A DNA stretch of 64,000 nucleotides. Origin: Dehalococcoidia bacterium. GTDB lineage: Bacteria; Chloroflexota; Dehalococcoidia; Lucifugimonadales; UBA3495. Made by a program: the position numbers and the translations under genes. Shown here piece by piece: positions 10,448 through 19,969 of the stretch; position 1 is the first letter of the stretch; each line of letters starts with the position of its first letter. The DNA lies in assembly GCA_965199995.1 (NCBI GenBank), contig OZ241328.1, positions 1,143,724 through 1,207,723 on the forward strand, written 5' to 3'. The notes under the pieces are model-generated. The model did no database searches. It saw only the letters and a list, made by a program, of their open reading frames with translations, and was not told the DNA's origin.

Positions 10448-11185
10448 CTATTGATGGTCTAAAACTTGGGCTAGGTGGCGAATTTCTATGTCTGGCGCTT
10501 CGCGTCTCAGCGCGCCGCCGATGTGCATCAGGCAGCTCATATCACAGGAAACCAGCGTATCCGCGCCGGAGTCTCGCACGGCGGATACCTTGTCTTTAAG
10601 CATTCCTTCGGATATGTGGGGCATTTTAACCGAGAAACTGCCTCCGAATCCGCAACAGGTTTCGGCATTGCGCATTTCTTTCAGGTCCAGCCCAGGCATC
10701 GCCCGCAACAGGGACTGCGGTGCGTTCCGCACCTCCATTTCGCGCAACAAGTGGCACCCGGGATGGAAAACCGCCGAGCCTGCCCCTTCGACTCCAGGTT
10801 CTTCTACGCCCAGCACATCGGCTAGGAATTCGGAGAACTCGTATATCCGGCGGGACAGAGATTCAGCCCGGGCGAGCAGCACCGGGTCATCCTCAAACAA
10901 ATCCAGGTAGAAAACTCGGATCATTGCCGAGCAGGAACCCGACGGCACCACAACATAGTCGCTGTTCTGAAACTCGTCCAGCGTCCTTACCGCCATCTCC
11001 CGCGCTTGGCGGGTGTAGCCGGAGTTGTAGACTGCCTGACCGCAGCAGGTCTGCCCTTCGGGAAATCCGACGGCTACTCCCAGCCGCCGCAATACGCGCA
11101 CCACGCTGACGCCAACGTCGGGAAAGAGCTGGTCAATGATGCAGGTTACGAACAGGTCTGCTTTAACTGATGCAGGACTAGTCAA
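10448..11185 (-). CDS. lutA: Lactate utilization protein A (LutA/YkgE, CCG domains)
   Basis: LFVTCIID, QTCCGQ, SGSC, CCGFGGSF, DMSCLMHI; TTG start chosen, start position uncertain. Confidence 0.92.
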   Translation of the reverse strand: MTSPASVKADLFVTCIIDQLFPDVGVSVVRVLRRLGVAVGFPEGQTCCGQAVYNSGYTRQAREMAVRTLDEFQNSDYVVVPSGSCSAMIRVFYLDLFEDDPVLLARAESLSRRIYEFSEFLADVLGVEEPGVEGAGSAVFHPGCHLLREMEVRNAPQSLLRAMPGLDLKEMRNAETCCGFGGSFSVKMPHISEGMLKDKVSAVRDSGADTLVSCDMSCLMHIGGALRREAPDIEIRHLAQVLDHQ

Positions 11186-11262
11186 GCCGCCACCGCCTTT
11201 CGCAAAAAGCCTAACAGACTGCAACGGCGCTGGCAATGATTAGAGGGCATATTCTATGTTCG

Positions 11263-11292
11263 TTGACAGGGCAAAAGATCTGTAACTACACT
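11263..11292 (+). promoter_or_regulatory. Putative sigma70 promoter of thiO
   Basis: TTGACA-N18-TACACT upstream of a GGAGG RBS. Confidence 0.5.
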
Positions 11293-11321
11293 CGCCCTTA
11301 TTTGCGCCGGAGGAGCAAGCT

Positions 11322-12443
11322 ATGCCGGATTCGGTGGACATTGCCGTGGTTGGCGGGGGAGTTATGGGTTGCGCCATTGCCTGGCAGTTGGCGAAAAGGG
11401 GCGTTTCCTGCGCATTAGTGGAGCGGGGTTCTTTCGGAGGCGGGGCCTCGGGGGCGACGGCCGGCGTAGTTGGCCCTCTGTGGCATATAGACCCGGCCGA
11501 CGATGATCTGTTCCGGCTGGGGATGCGCAGCCTGGAACTGTTTCCCCTTTGGGCGGCAGAACTGGCCGAGGCTGGCGTAAACCCAGAGTTCCAGCAGACC
11601 GGGGTGCTGAAGATAGCCTTCTCGGAAGACGAGGTTGAGGAACTGCGGGGCTTCTACCGTTGGCAATCCCAGCTCGGCCTAGCAGGAGAGTGGCTGACGG
11701 GAGATGACATAGCCCGGCGCGAACCCGAGATTAACCCCGAGGCCCACGCCGCCATACTTTCGCCCGCCGAGGGCTGCGTAAGGGGCCAGCGGCTATGCGA
11801 TTCTCTGGCGCACGCGGCGGGGCAGTCGGGGGCGAAACTGTATGAGAACGTCGAAGTTACCGGGTTGCGCTATGACAACCGCCGGATAACCGGCATCGAA
11901 ACCACCATCGGCAGCATCGCTGCCGGACAGGTAGTGCTGGCGGCCGGGCCTGGGAGCGGCATCAGCGGACGCTGGAGCTATTCCGGCGGCCCGCTGGACC
12001 TTCCCGTTCGCGGCGTCAAGGGGCAGCGCATTCTATTGCGCAGGCCCGGTTTCCTGCCCCGTTCGCCGGTGCGAAACTCCGCCGTCTACGTTGTCCCCCG
12101 ACGGGACGGCAACATACTGGTGGCATCGACCAGGGAAGAGGGGCGCTCCGATGAAAGGGTAACCGCGGAAGGCATAGCAGCCTTGGTATCCGGGGCAGTG
12201 CAGTCGTTCCCGGCGCTGGCCGAGGCAGCCTTTGTATCGGGGCGAGCCGGGGTTCGGCCGGCTACTCCCGACGGACGCCCCGTCATTGGCCCCGCGCCCG
12301 GCGGGGAAGGGCTGACCATCGCCACAGGCCACGATGCCGTGGGAATTATGCTCAGTCCGGGAACCGCCGAGCTGGTGGTTCAGTTCCTGCTGGACGGTAA
12401 TGATGCGCCGCTTCGGTCTTTCAGCGCCGGCCGGTTCGCTTAG
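11322..12443 (+). CDS. thiO: Glycine oxidase ThiO-like FAD-dependent oxidoreductase
   Basis: VVGGGVMG, GASGATAG, VKGQ, GVRPATPDGRPVIG, ATGH..GIML. Confidence 0.8.
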   Translation: MPDSVDIAVVGGGVMGCAIAWQLAKRGVSCALVERGSFGGGASGATAGVVGPLWHIDPADDDLFRLGMRSLELFPLWAAELAEAGVNPEFQQTGVLKIAFSEDEVEELRGFYRWQSQLGLAGEWLTGDDIARREPEINPEAHAAILSPAEGCVRGQRLCDSLAHAAGQSGAKLYENVEVTGLRYDNRRITGIETTIGSIAAGQVVLAAGPGSGISGRWSYSGGPLDLPVRGVKGQRILLRRPGFLPRSPVRNSAVYVVPRRDGNILVASTREEGRSDERVTAEGIAALVSGAVQSFPALAEAAFVSGRAGVRPATPDGRPVIGPAPGGEGLTIATGHDAVGIMLSPGTAELVVQFLLDGNDAPLRSFSAGRFA

Positions 12444-12455
12444 CCCGACGGCGCC
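12440..12455 (+). repeat. Left copy of a 16-bp direct repeat flanking the R-M gene
   Basis: TTAGCCCGACGGCGCC; 15/16 identical to 15853-15868. Confidence 0.8.
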
Positions 12456-12761
12456 GGATAGTCCGCCATCTCGTCCACCACCTCCATCGTCCGCACGCTT
12501 ACCGTGCAGACGCGCTGTAACAGGTCGATTACCCGCTCCTTGTAGTCCGCGAAGCGGTAGGTGTTGAACTTTTCGGCGATGGTGGGGTCACGAGGCTTGC
12601 GCTCTTTGTACTGGTCCAGCACCCACTCCAACGCCGAGCGGCTACCGAGGCGGTAGCGCCAAGCCGCCTCCGGCACGCCGGCCAGCGTGGTCTCGCTGTC
12701 CAGCAGGATACGCCCCTCAGCTTTGTCGGCCCGCAACACTACCTTCGGCCCAATCCCTGTC

Positions 12762-13126
12762 GCCACCCCGCCATTCCCGCGCGCCACCCCGTCATTCCCG
12801 CCCGCGCCATCGTCATTCCCGCGAAAGCGGGAATCCCCCCGTCCCTGCCCGCCGGCCACCCCGTCATTCCCGTCGGCCACCCCGTCATTCCCGCGAAAGC
12901 GGGAATCCCCCCTCGTCATTCCCGCCCGCGCCATCGTCATTCCCGCGAAAGCGGGAATCCCCCCGTCCCCGTCCCTGTCCGTCATTCCCCGCGGGAATCC
13001 CACCCGTCCCCGTCATTCCCGCCCGCGCCATCGTCATTCCCGCGAAAGCGGGAATCCCCCCGTCCCTGCCCGCCCGCCGGCCATTCCCGCCCGCGCCATC
13101 GTCATTCCCGCGAAAGCGGGAATCCC
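12762..13126 (+). repeat. Array of REP/dRS3-like palindromes (CGTCATTCCCGCGAAAGCGGGAATCC) and half-sites inside the R-M gene
   Basis: Five full copies (about 12811, 12883, 12935, 13032, 13100), one shortened copy (about 12980) and interspersed (GT)CATTCCCG half-sites. Confidence 0.95.
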
Positions 13127-15852
13127 TTCGTGCCAGCGGATACGGCGCCGCCGCCTCGAACCCGATATGCAGCTCCAGCAGCTCGCGCCCCATCCTGGCC
13201 CAAGCCGCAAAGTCAGCGTAAAAGGGCAGGCGCGGAAACTCCCGCTGCAGGTCAACGGCGTACTCCTCGCGGTAGGCCGGGTTGTGGAGCACGGCGTAGG
13301 TGTAGGCGAATATATCCTCGGCAGTGATGCCGTCATCGCCATAATGCTCCCGAAACTGCCGCAGCCCCCACTCCGTGATGTTGCTGACCCGCTCCCCGTC
13401 CTCCGTGTAGCGGTAGAGAGGCAGGCATTGGGTCTTTTCGAGAGTGAAAATCAAAGCCCGGCAGCTTGCCGGTAGCCAATACCTGAAATGGCTTGGCCGA
13501 AGCAACTCCGGAGAAGCAGATTACTTTGTTGGGCTGGCGTAAATCAGCCCCAAACATTTCGTAGTGATTTCTGGTAAGCCTGTGATTCAACGCTATATCT
13601 GCAAAATGGTGCTTAACAACAAACGGACGATATAATGATTCATACGGCTTGCCTCACTATAAATAATGCTACATCTGCGCTGAAATCTATTACTTAGTGA
13701 ACTACTCCATTTAATAACCGGATCATTAGGTTCGTGATTGCTGTCTAGTAGTTCGTTGTATATGTCAGCAAAGAACAAGACTTTATCGCGAAGGTCGGCT
13801 ATATTAAAGTCATATACCCATTCATCGCGGCTAGTAACTACTCCAATAGAGTACAGCCAAACACCGCCTCCTCACCATCAGCAGACTTGGCCAGCTTCGT
13901 TTGACGGTTAGCCAGGGGTATCAGACTGGCGAAATCGCTGTTGGACTGGTTCAGCCATTGCCCGTCGGAATTGGCAGTAATTTCCTCGAAAGGCAATCTC
14001 ATCCAGCATGGTCTTCCGTAAATAAGTCAACTTATCGCTGGCTACTTTAGCATAATCTTCACGCCGGGTAATGAATGCCACATTGGCCTAACCCCTGCCT
14101 TTTTCTCTGACAAAAAATCCTATGGCAACGCCGGTCTGGATGCCAAAAACGTTGTGCTTCGTGCCGGATATTTTGGGGTTGCGGCGAACATCAGAACCCA
14201 GGTCAAGCACATACAAGTCATTGAACTCTTTGGCTGTTTGCGGAAACCGTCATCCTGCCGGGAGTCCAGATAAGCTCGATTGGTTACGAAAGCGATAATT
14301 CCGTCATCCGTCAGCCGGTCGGATGCCCAGCGGATGAACCGCTTGTACATATCGTACTGTTTATGTCTTTTGAGCCGTGCTTGCTCTGGTGTAGGTTTCA
14401 CGGATGCGCTGGTCTATTTCAGGATATTCGCGGTTTGGGATTGAAGTCGTTCCAATATCGTTGCTGTAGCATTATACGGCGGGTTGCCGATGATGACGCT
14501 GATGGTCTTTTCGTTTTGCTCCTGCACCCGGAGCCAGTTTTCTTCCGACAGCCCGCCCAAGTTGAACGCCGCCTGCCGGGTCACTGCGCCGCCGGTTGCG
14601 CCTTGCCAGTCCATGTTGTCCAGCGTGTCCACAAAGCAGAGATTGGGGAACTCCAGGTAGCGGCCCGTCCGCTCCCGGTAGCTGTATTCAATGTTCAGAT
14701 TGGCGATATAGTAAGGCAGGATAGCGACTTCGTTGGCATGAATTTCGTTCAGGTACTTGTACTCCAGCCGCTCGGCGGGCAGGTAGTCAATCAGGCTGGT
14801 GACAAAAGTGCCGGTGCCGGTAGCCGGATCGAGAATCTGCACATTGTCGTCGGCCAGGCTCTTGCCGAAGTGCTTTTGCAGCAGGTAATCCGCCCCGCGA
14901 ATGATGAAGTCCACCACCTCGTTGGGAGTATAGACCACGCCGAGGCGGTCGGCGGCGGCGGGGTTGTAAGCCTTGTAAAAGTCTTCGTAAATGGCCTTGA
15001 GGAACTGCTGCTTTTCCGAGTAGTCGGCGATTTCGTCGGCGGCGCGGCCAATGGCGCCGTAGTAGGCGCGGAGGCGGTCGATGGCCTGGCGGCGCACGTC
15101 GCCGGTGAAGAAGGTCTGCTCCAGGGCGGCGAGCTGGCGGGCGACGTTGTTCTCGCGGTGGAACTGGTCTTCGGCGAAAACCCGCAGGAAGATGTCTTGC
15201 GTCAGGATGTGCTGCAACAGCATCTCGCGCACATCGGCGGGGGAGACGGCGGGGCTGATGGTCTGGCGGCAGAGTTCAAGGAAGCGGGTGGCCCCGGCCT
15301 GGTAGGCGGCGTTGCCGTCCTCGGCGTCGGCCACCGCCTGGCGCAGGTTCTCCAGCACGGCGGGCAGGTCGGTCCGGAACTGCTGGCGGGCCTGGCGGAA
15401 CTCCTCGATTTCCGGCAGTTCGTAGTCCAGGAAGCGGGTAATCAGCCGATGCAGCTCGCCGGGGCGGGACATATCCACGCGCATCGCTTCCTGCCGGTTC
15501 TGGAACAGGACGGCGGAGAGGGAGTTCTCGAAGACGATGTTATCGCGGGGGTAGCCGCGGTTGAACTTGGCCTGAATCTCAGCGTCCAGGTCGTCGTGGA
15601 TGTCCTTTGCCTCCCAATAGCCTCGGGTCATGCGCAGGGAGTCTTTCACCGTGCCGTCGGGCCGGTTGCGCAAGGGGGCGTCCAGCTCGTCCACCAAGGC
15701 CAGCCTTTCGTGGTGCTGGCGGCAGTAGGAATCGAGACAGACGGCAAAGGCGCGGCGGATGCTCTGCTCGTTGTCGGAGCCGCCGAAGTCAATCAGCCGC
15801 TGCTTGTCCGCGTAGTAACGCTCAATATGAGGATAAGAGGGCATGACTCGGG

Positions 15853-15868
15853 TTAGCCCGACAGCGCC
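15853..15868 (+). repeat. Right copy of the 16-bp direct repeat; forms the 3' end of the TPP-enzyme gene
   Basis: TTAGCCCGACAGCGCC. Confidence 0.8.
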
Positions 15869-17529
15869 ACGTCCACGATGGCGATGCGGCCGGCGTCAAC
15901 GGCAGCCTGGGCTTCTCTCAGGGCTTCCGGCAGCCGGGCCGGGTCTTCCACCCGCTCGCCGTGTCCCCCGAAGGGGCGGGCCAGTTCGGAGTAATCCGGG
16001 CCCGGAATGTTCACGCCATAGAAATCGCCCGTTTGGGAAGACGTTCCTTCCGGGTAGAAAGAGAGATGCAGGCTCTTCATCGCGGCGTAGCTGGCGTTGT
16101 TGAACACTACTATGAGGATGGGCAGATTGCTCTCCCGGGCCACGCCGAGGCTTTGGGTGATGGGGTTGTAGAGGAAGGAGCCATCCCCAATCAGCGCCGT
16201 CACGGGGCGGTCGGGAGCCGCCAGCTTGGCGCCCAGGGCAATTCCCAGTCCCTGACCCAGGCCGCCGGCCGGGCGCATATACGACAGCGGATTGTCCCCA
16301 GCGATGCGCCGCAATATCTGGGCGCGATGCAGAATCGTCTCATCCACAAAGATCGTATTGGAGGGCAACACATCGCTCAAGGTATTGCAAAGGAAGCCGG
16401 GGTCTATGGGCGAGGCGGCGGGCCCGGAGGCGTCGAGAGCGCGGTAGCGTTCCCACACCGGATTGGGGCCGGACGGCATCGCCGGGGCCGGGCCGTCGGC
16501 CTGCTCCCGCACCGCCGCGTCCAGGGCGGCCAGGGTTACGGGCAGGGAACCCTCCAGGTAGAAGTCGGCCTGCAAGTCTTGATGCACCATATATTCTTTG
16601 ACGGGGTATTCGTCTATGCAGACCACGGTGGCCGACGGGCCGGCGCTGGGCGGATACCACGGGGCGCGGTTGCCAATAACCAGAAACAGGTCGAACCTGT
16701 CCATCTCCCGGCGCAGATCATAGCCGTGGTGGAGCGGATGGCTTTTAGGGAAATTGTTGTAGGCCGGGCCTTCTCCTTCAAAGACCGGAATGGCCCGAGA
16801 CTCGGCGAGGGATACTAGGGCGTTGAAACCGGCGGCAGTGCGCCCGGCGGAGTCGGCGACAATGACGGGATTGGCGGCGCGACGGACAAGCTCGGCCACC
16901 TGAGCCACGGCGCGGGGGTCGGGATGGCTGGCCGGCGCCGAAGGACGGCGCTTCAGCCGTTCGGGCGGCGTCCACTCTTCCAGCATGGTCTCGATGGGAA
17001 CGTTTAGGAAAGCGGGGCCTTTGGGAGTGCGCTGGGCCAGCTCTCCGGCGCGAGCCACCGTTTCATAGAGGGTCTGGGGGCTGGTGACTCGGCTGCTCCA
17101 CTTGGTGAAAGGCTCCACCAGGCGATTGGGCCCGCCAACGATGCTCAGGTTGCGGAGCCATTGCGGGCCGGGGTCAAACTCCGGCGCTTCGCCGTAAGTG
17201 GCCGACTCTCCGGAGCATACCAGCATCGGCACTTCGCTCTGATACGCGCCGTGAATGCCCATAGACCCCTGCAGCACCCCCACGCCGGCGTGCAGCAACA
17301 CCGCCTGCATCCGGCCGGTCATGCGCGTGTAACCCGAGGCCATGGCCACGGCGAGGGTTTCGTGCCAGCAGTTGATGTATGTCGGCCCTGGGCGTTCTTC
17401 CAGTTTCTGCCGGGCTAGGGCCTCCCATACAGAAGGCCACTCGGAGCCGGGGGAAGAAATAATATAGTCAACGTCCAGGTTCCGCAGGGCTTCCAGAATC
17501 GCGTCCCCGCCGTCTAGCCGCTCGTTCAT
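15853..17529 (-). CDS. Thiamine pyrophosphate-dependent enzyme (acetolactate synthase/benzoylformate decarboxylase-like)
   Basis: HETLAVAMASGY, GGLGQGLG, GDGSFLYN...NN TPP motif; start at MNERLDGG. Confidence 0.9.
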   Translation of the reverse strand: MNERLDGGDAILEALRNLDVDYIISSPGSEWPSVWEALARQKLEERPGPTYINCWHETLAVAMASGYTRMTGRMQAVLLHAGVGVLQGSMGIHGAYQSEVPMLVCSGESATYGEAPEFDPGPQWLRNLSIVGGPNRLVEPFTKWSSRVTSPQTLYETVARAGELAQRTPKGPAFLNVPIETMLEEWTPPERLKRRPSAPASHPDPRAVAQVAELVRRAANPVIVADSAGRTAAGFNALVSLAESRAIPVFEGEGPAYNNFPKSHPLHHGYDLRREMDRFDLFLVIGNRAPWYPPSAGPSATVVCIDEYPVKEYMVHQDLQADFYLEGSLPVTLAALDAAVREQADGPAPAMPSGPNPVWERYRALDASGPAASPIDPGFLCNTLSDVLPSNTIFVDETILHRAQILRRIAGDNPLSYMRPAGGLGQGLGIALGAKLAAPDRPVTALIGDGSFLYNPITQSLGVARESNLPILIVVFNNASYAAMKSLHLSFYPEGTSSQTGDFYGVNIPGPDYSELARPFGGHGERVEDPARLPEALREAQAAVDAGRIAIVDVALSG

Positions 17530-17540
17530 AGCGCTTGCTC

Positions 17541-17741
17541 CTAGCTTCTTACCCAGCGGCATTCAGGCTGATGGCCGTGGGAGCCTTGATCAATACAGGT
17601 GCAGGGAATATCTTCCCGCAGGCAATAACCGTTATATTCCAGATAGGCGCAGAACCCGGGGTAGAAGCCCTCGCCTTCGTCAATGGAGTCGAATCCGGCT
17701 TGGAAAGCTTCGCGAAGTTCTTCGCGGGTCGGTCGAATCAT
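17541..17741 (-). CDS. Small Cys/His-rich hypothetical protein
   Basis: Tightly packed in the operon; CTC...HGH...C. Confidence 0.6.
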   Translation of the reverse strand: MIRPTREELREAFQAGFDSIDEGEGFYPGFCAYLEYNGYCLREDIPCTCIDQGSHGHQPECRWVRS

Positions 17742-17749
17742 AGTTTCGC

Positions 17750-17956
17750 CTACTCCCCGGCCAGCACTTCTGCGATGTCTTGAGCGAAGACCATATCCTC
17801 AGTTCCCACGAGGTCAGGGTCTTCCGGCGAGGTGATGTATTTGACAAACACCCATACCCCGTCCTTGGGATTGCTTATCACCTGAGCGGTTGCGCCGGTG
17901 ATGGTGGAAATTGTGGCCCCTTCTTCGATGCTGATGAGGTTTACAATATCGGCCAT
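17750..17956 (-). CDS. Small acidic beta-rich hypothetical protein following the dioxygenase beta subunit
   Basis: GGAG RBS; operonic position; 68 aa. Confidence 0.7.
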   Translation of the reverse strand: MADIVNLISIEEGATISTITGATAQVISNPKDGVWVFVKYITSPEDPDLVGTEDMVFAQDIAEVLAGE

Positions 17957-17969
17957 TCGTCCGTCTCCC

Positions 17970-18515
17970 TTAGAAAAAGAAGGTCAGGTTCTTGGCCAGC
18001 AGGACGTTCTGGTCGAGAATTACCTTTCGCTGGGCTATTTTCCAGCCGCCATTCTCCTGGCGCAGGACATCTTCCCGCTTTCCGATGAGGAAGTCCGTCT
18101 CGGTTTCCACCCGATTGCGATAGATGAGGAAGCGGCACTTGAGGGCGACTTCCGTCGCTGCATCCGCCGACGGCAGTGCTTCCAGAAGCTGGACATTGGA
18201 GACCATGTGGCAGATGCGGGACAGCGGTTCCTCGGCCCAGTGGACGCCGGTAAGAATCTGGTTCACTCGCTGTTCAAGGGTGGATTTGCCTTCGTCGAAC
18301 CAGTTGATGTCGTATCCCTCGCGGGTGAACTCCCGGTCTAGCTCGCCGAATTTCACGTTGCGGCGCATGGGCATCCAGTAGCGGATGTCATCGGAGAGGA
18401 GGCCTAGCCATTCGGCAAAGCGGCGTTCGTCCAGCAATTCCGCTTCGTGAAACAGGAACTCTTCCACTTCGTTCTTCAGCAGCATTTGGGCAAGGCCGGC
18501 CCCGGCGGTGGTCAT
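17970..18515 (-). CDS. Aromatic ring-hydroxylating dioxygenase beta subunit (HcaF/BphA2-like)
   Basis: FLFHEAELLD..RF.EWL, IRYWMP, WAEEPLSR, GKREDVLR, NLTFFF; start at MTTAG. Confidence 0.93.
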   Translation of the reverse strand: MTTAGAGLAQMLLKNEVEEFLFHEAELLDERRFAEWLGLLSDDIRYWMPMRRNVKFGELDREFTREGYDINWFDEGKSTLEQRVNQILTGVHWAEEPLSRICHMVSNVQLLEALPSADAATEVALKCRFLIYRNRVETETDFLIGKREDVLRQENGGWKIAQRKVILDQNVLLAKNLTFFF

Positions 18516-18517
18516 GC

Positions 18518-19954
18518 TTAACCTCCCACGGCGACGGGGACGCCGGCCGGGAGGCCGTTGGCTTGCCCGTTCCGCCAAGGGGCCAGTTCATCCCACCCGG
18601 AAGCGGTGAGGAAATCCTGCCAGCGAGAGTAGAAGCCGCGCTGGTTCTGTTCCGCGGCCTTGGCGGCAGTGACGTTCCGCACCTGGCCGGGCATATCTAG
18701 GCCGTCGGCGTCAAAGGGGGGCGCTTCGTGGCCCATTCCCATCTGGTAATTGTAAGGGAATCGCCGGGCTATTGACCCGCGGCTGGCGTTATGGGCATAG
18801 TTCCAGTTCTCCATATCATCCTGCTCGGTGAGACCGGCAGGCCCGGAGTAGCTGATGTAATACTTTCGCAGGAACTCCTTGACCTCGGCCGGAGCATCCT
18901 TGTCCACCAGGAACCAGCGCCAGGCCTCGTGGCTCTGGGGAGTGCGGGGATGCCAGACGGCGATGGTGCGAGGCTGGCGAGGCAGATATGAGAAATTGGG
19001 GAACAGCGTTCCCGGCCCGGGGATGAACCTGGACCACTTGCCATAATTCTTGCGCCGCTCGCTCTCGCAGTGGGCGAAGTAATCCGACACAATCTTGGAA
19101 TGCTGATAGGCAGGAATGGGAGCGTCGTTGGGGCGCAGGAAGCTGATAGTGCCATGTCCACGCTCCGGGAAGGAAACGTCTAGTGCGGTGGCGCCGACGC
19201 GCTCCTGGGTGTCGCGCCGCCCGCTGCCGCTGGGGCCCACGCCGACCAGATCGACGGAGCGGTGGCTGATGTTATGGTAGCGGTCTCCCACGAAGTTTTC
19301 CGAGGGGAATTTCCAGTTGCAGGGAATGACCCATTTCTCGATGCCCCCGAAAACCTCGGTCTCGCCGCCGGCGCCGTCCCATGTGTCCAGCAGAAAATCC
19401 AGATAGGTCTTGTAGCCGCCTAGATACTCTTCAAAGGAGGGAGCGCCCTTGTCCCAGTTGGCCCAAACTGTTCCTTTGTAAATGCAGAGCCGGGGAACTT
19501 CTATCAGGCCCCACTGCGACTTATCCAGCTCGCCTTTGTAGGCGTCCTTGAAATAGGGCACGCCCACCAGCTTGCCGTCGGTGGCGAAACTCCATCCGTG
19601 GTAAGGGCAACTGAAAACGGGGGTATTGCCCTCATCGTAACGGCAGACTTTCATCCCCCGGTGGGTGCAGGAATTCAGGAAGACGTGAACCTCGCCCTCG
19701 CGGTCCCGGCAGAGGATTACGGACTCTTCGCCCATGCAGGAAACGAAATAGTCGCCCGGTTTCGGAATCTGCGACACATGACCGACGAACAGCCAAGCCC
19801 TGGAGAACAGCAGCTCCTGTTCCTGGGCATAGATGTCCTCGCTCACGAATATCTCGCGGCTGACCGTCCCGGCGTCCAGGTCAACCAGGCCGCCCAACGA
19901 ATGTTTACCGTTGCTGTGGCCGTTCTGCATATCGAATCTCCCGTTCGTTAGCAT
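18518..19954 (-). CDS. Rieske ring-hydroxylating dioxygenase alpha subunit (copy 1)
   Basis: CTHRG...CPYHGW Rieske ligands; ENFVGDRYHNISH and EQDDMENW mononuclear Fe site. Confidence 0.95.
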   Translation of the reverse strand: MLTNGRFDMQNGHSNGKHSLGGLVDLDAGTVSREIFVSEDIYAQEQELLFSRAWLFVGHVSQIPKPGDYFVSCMGEESVILCRDREGEVHVFLNSCTHRGMKVCRYDEGNTPVFSCPYHGWSFATDGKLVGVPYFKDAYKGELDKSQWGLIEVPRLCIYKGTVWANWDKGAPSFEEYLGGYKTYLDFLLDTWDGAGGETEVFGGIEKWVIPCNWKFPSENFVGDRYHNISHRSVDLVGVGPSGSGRRDTQERVGATALDVSFPERGHGTISFLRPNDAPIPAYQHSKIVSDYFAHCESERRKNYGKWSRFIPGPGTLFPNFSYLPRQPRTIAVWHPRTPQSHEAWRWFLVDKDAPAEVKEFLRKYYISYSGPAGLTEQDDMENWNYAHNASRGSIARRFPYNYQMGMGHEAPPFDADGLDMPGQVRNVTAAKAAEQNQRGFYSRWQDFLTASGWDELAPWRNGQANGLPAGVPVAVGG

Positions 19955-19969
19955 AGTTTCCTGGTAAGA

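Larger units (their letters stand above)
12440..15844 (-). pseudogene. Nuclease-N6-adenine methyltransferase with a type ISP-like C-terminal specificity domain (no helicase); several frameshifts and a repeat array inside
   Basis: RPDG...WEAK nuclease motif, VVYTP, ILDPATGTGTF, IIGNPPY, DMYKRFIRWASDRL, QCLPLYRY, YTYAVLHNPAYR, EFPRLPF, SALEWVLDQY spread over fragments in different frames. Confidence 0.9.

Noticed and set aside
12762-13126. Possible CRISPR array of palindromic repeats
   Set aside because: The intervening sequences are themselves repeat-derived and irregular in length.
14363-15856. 497-aa plus-strand ORF
   Set aside because: Antisense shadow of the GC-rich methyltransferase gene; no motifs.
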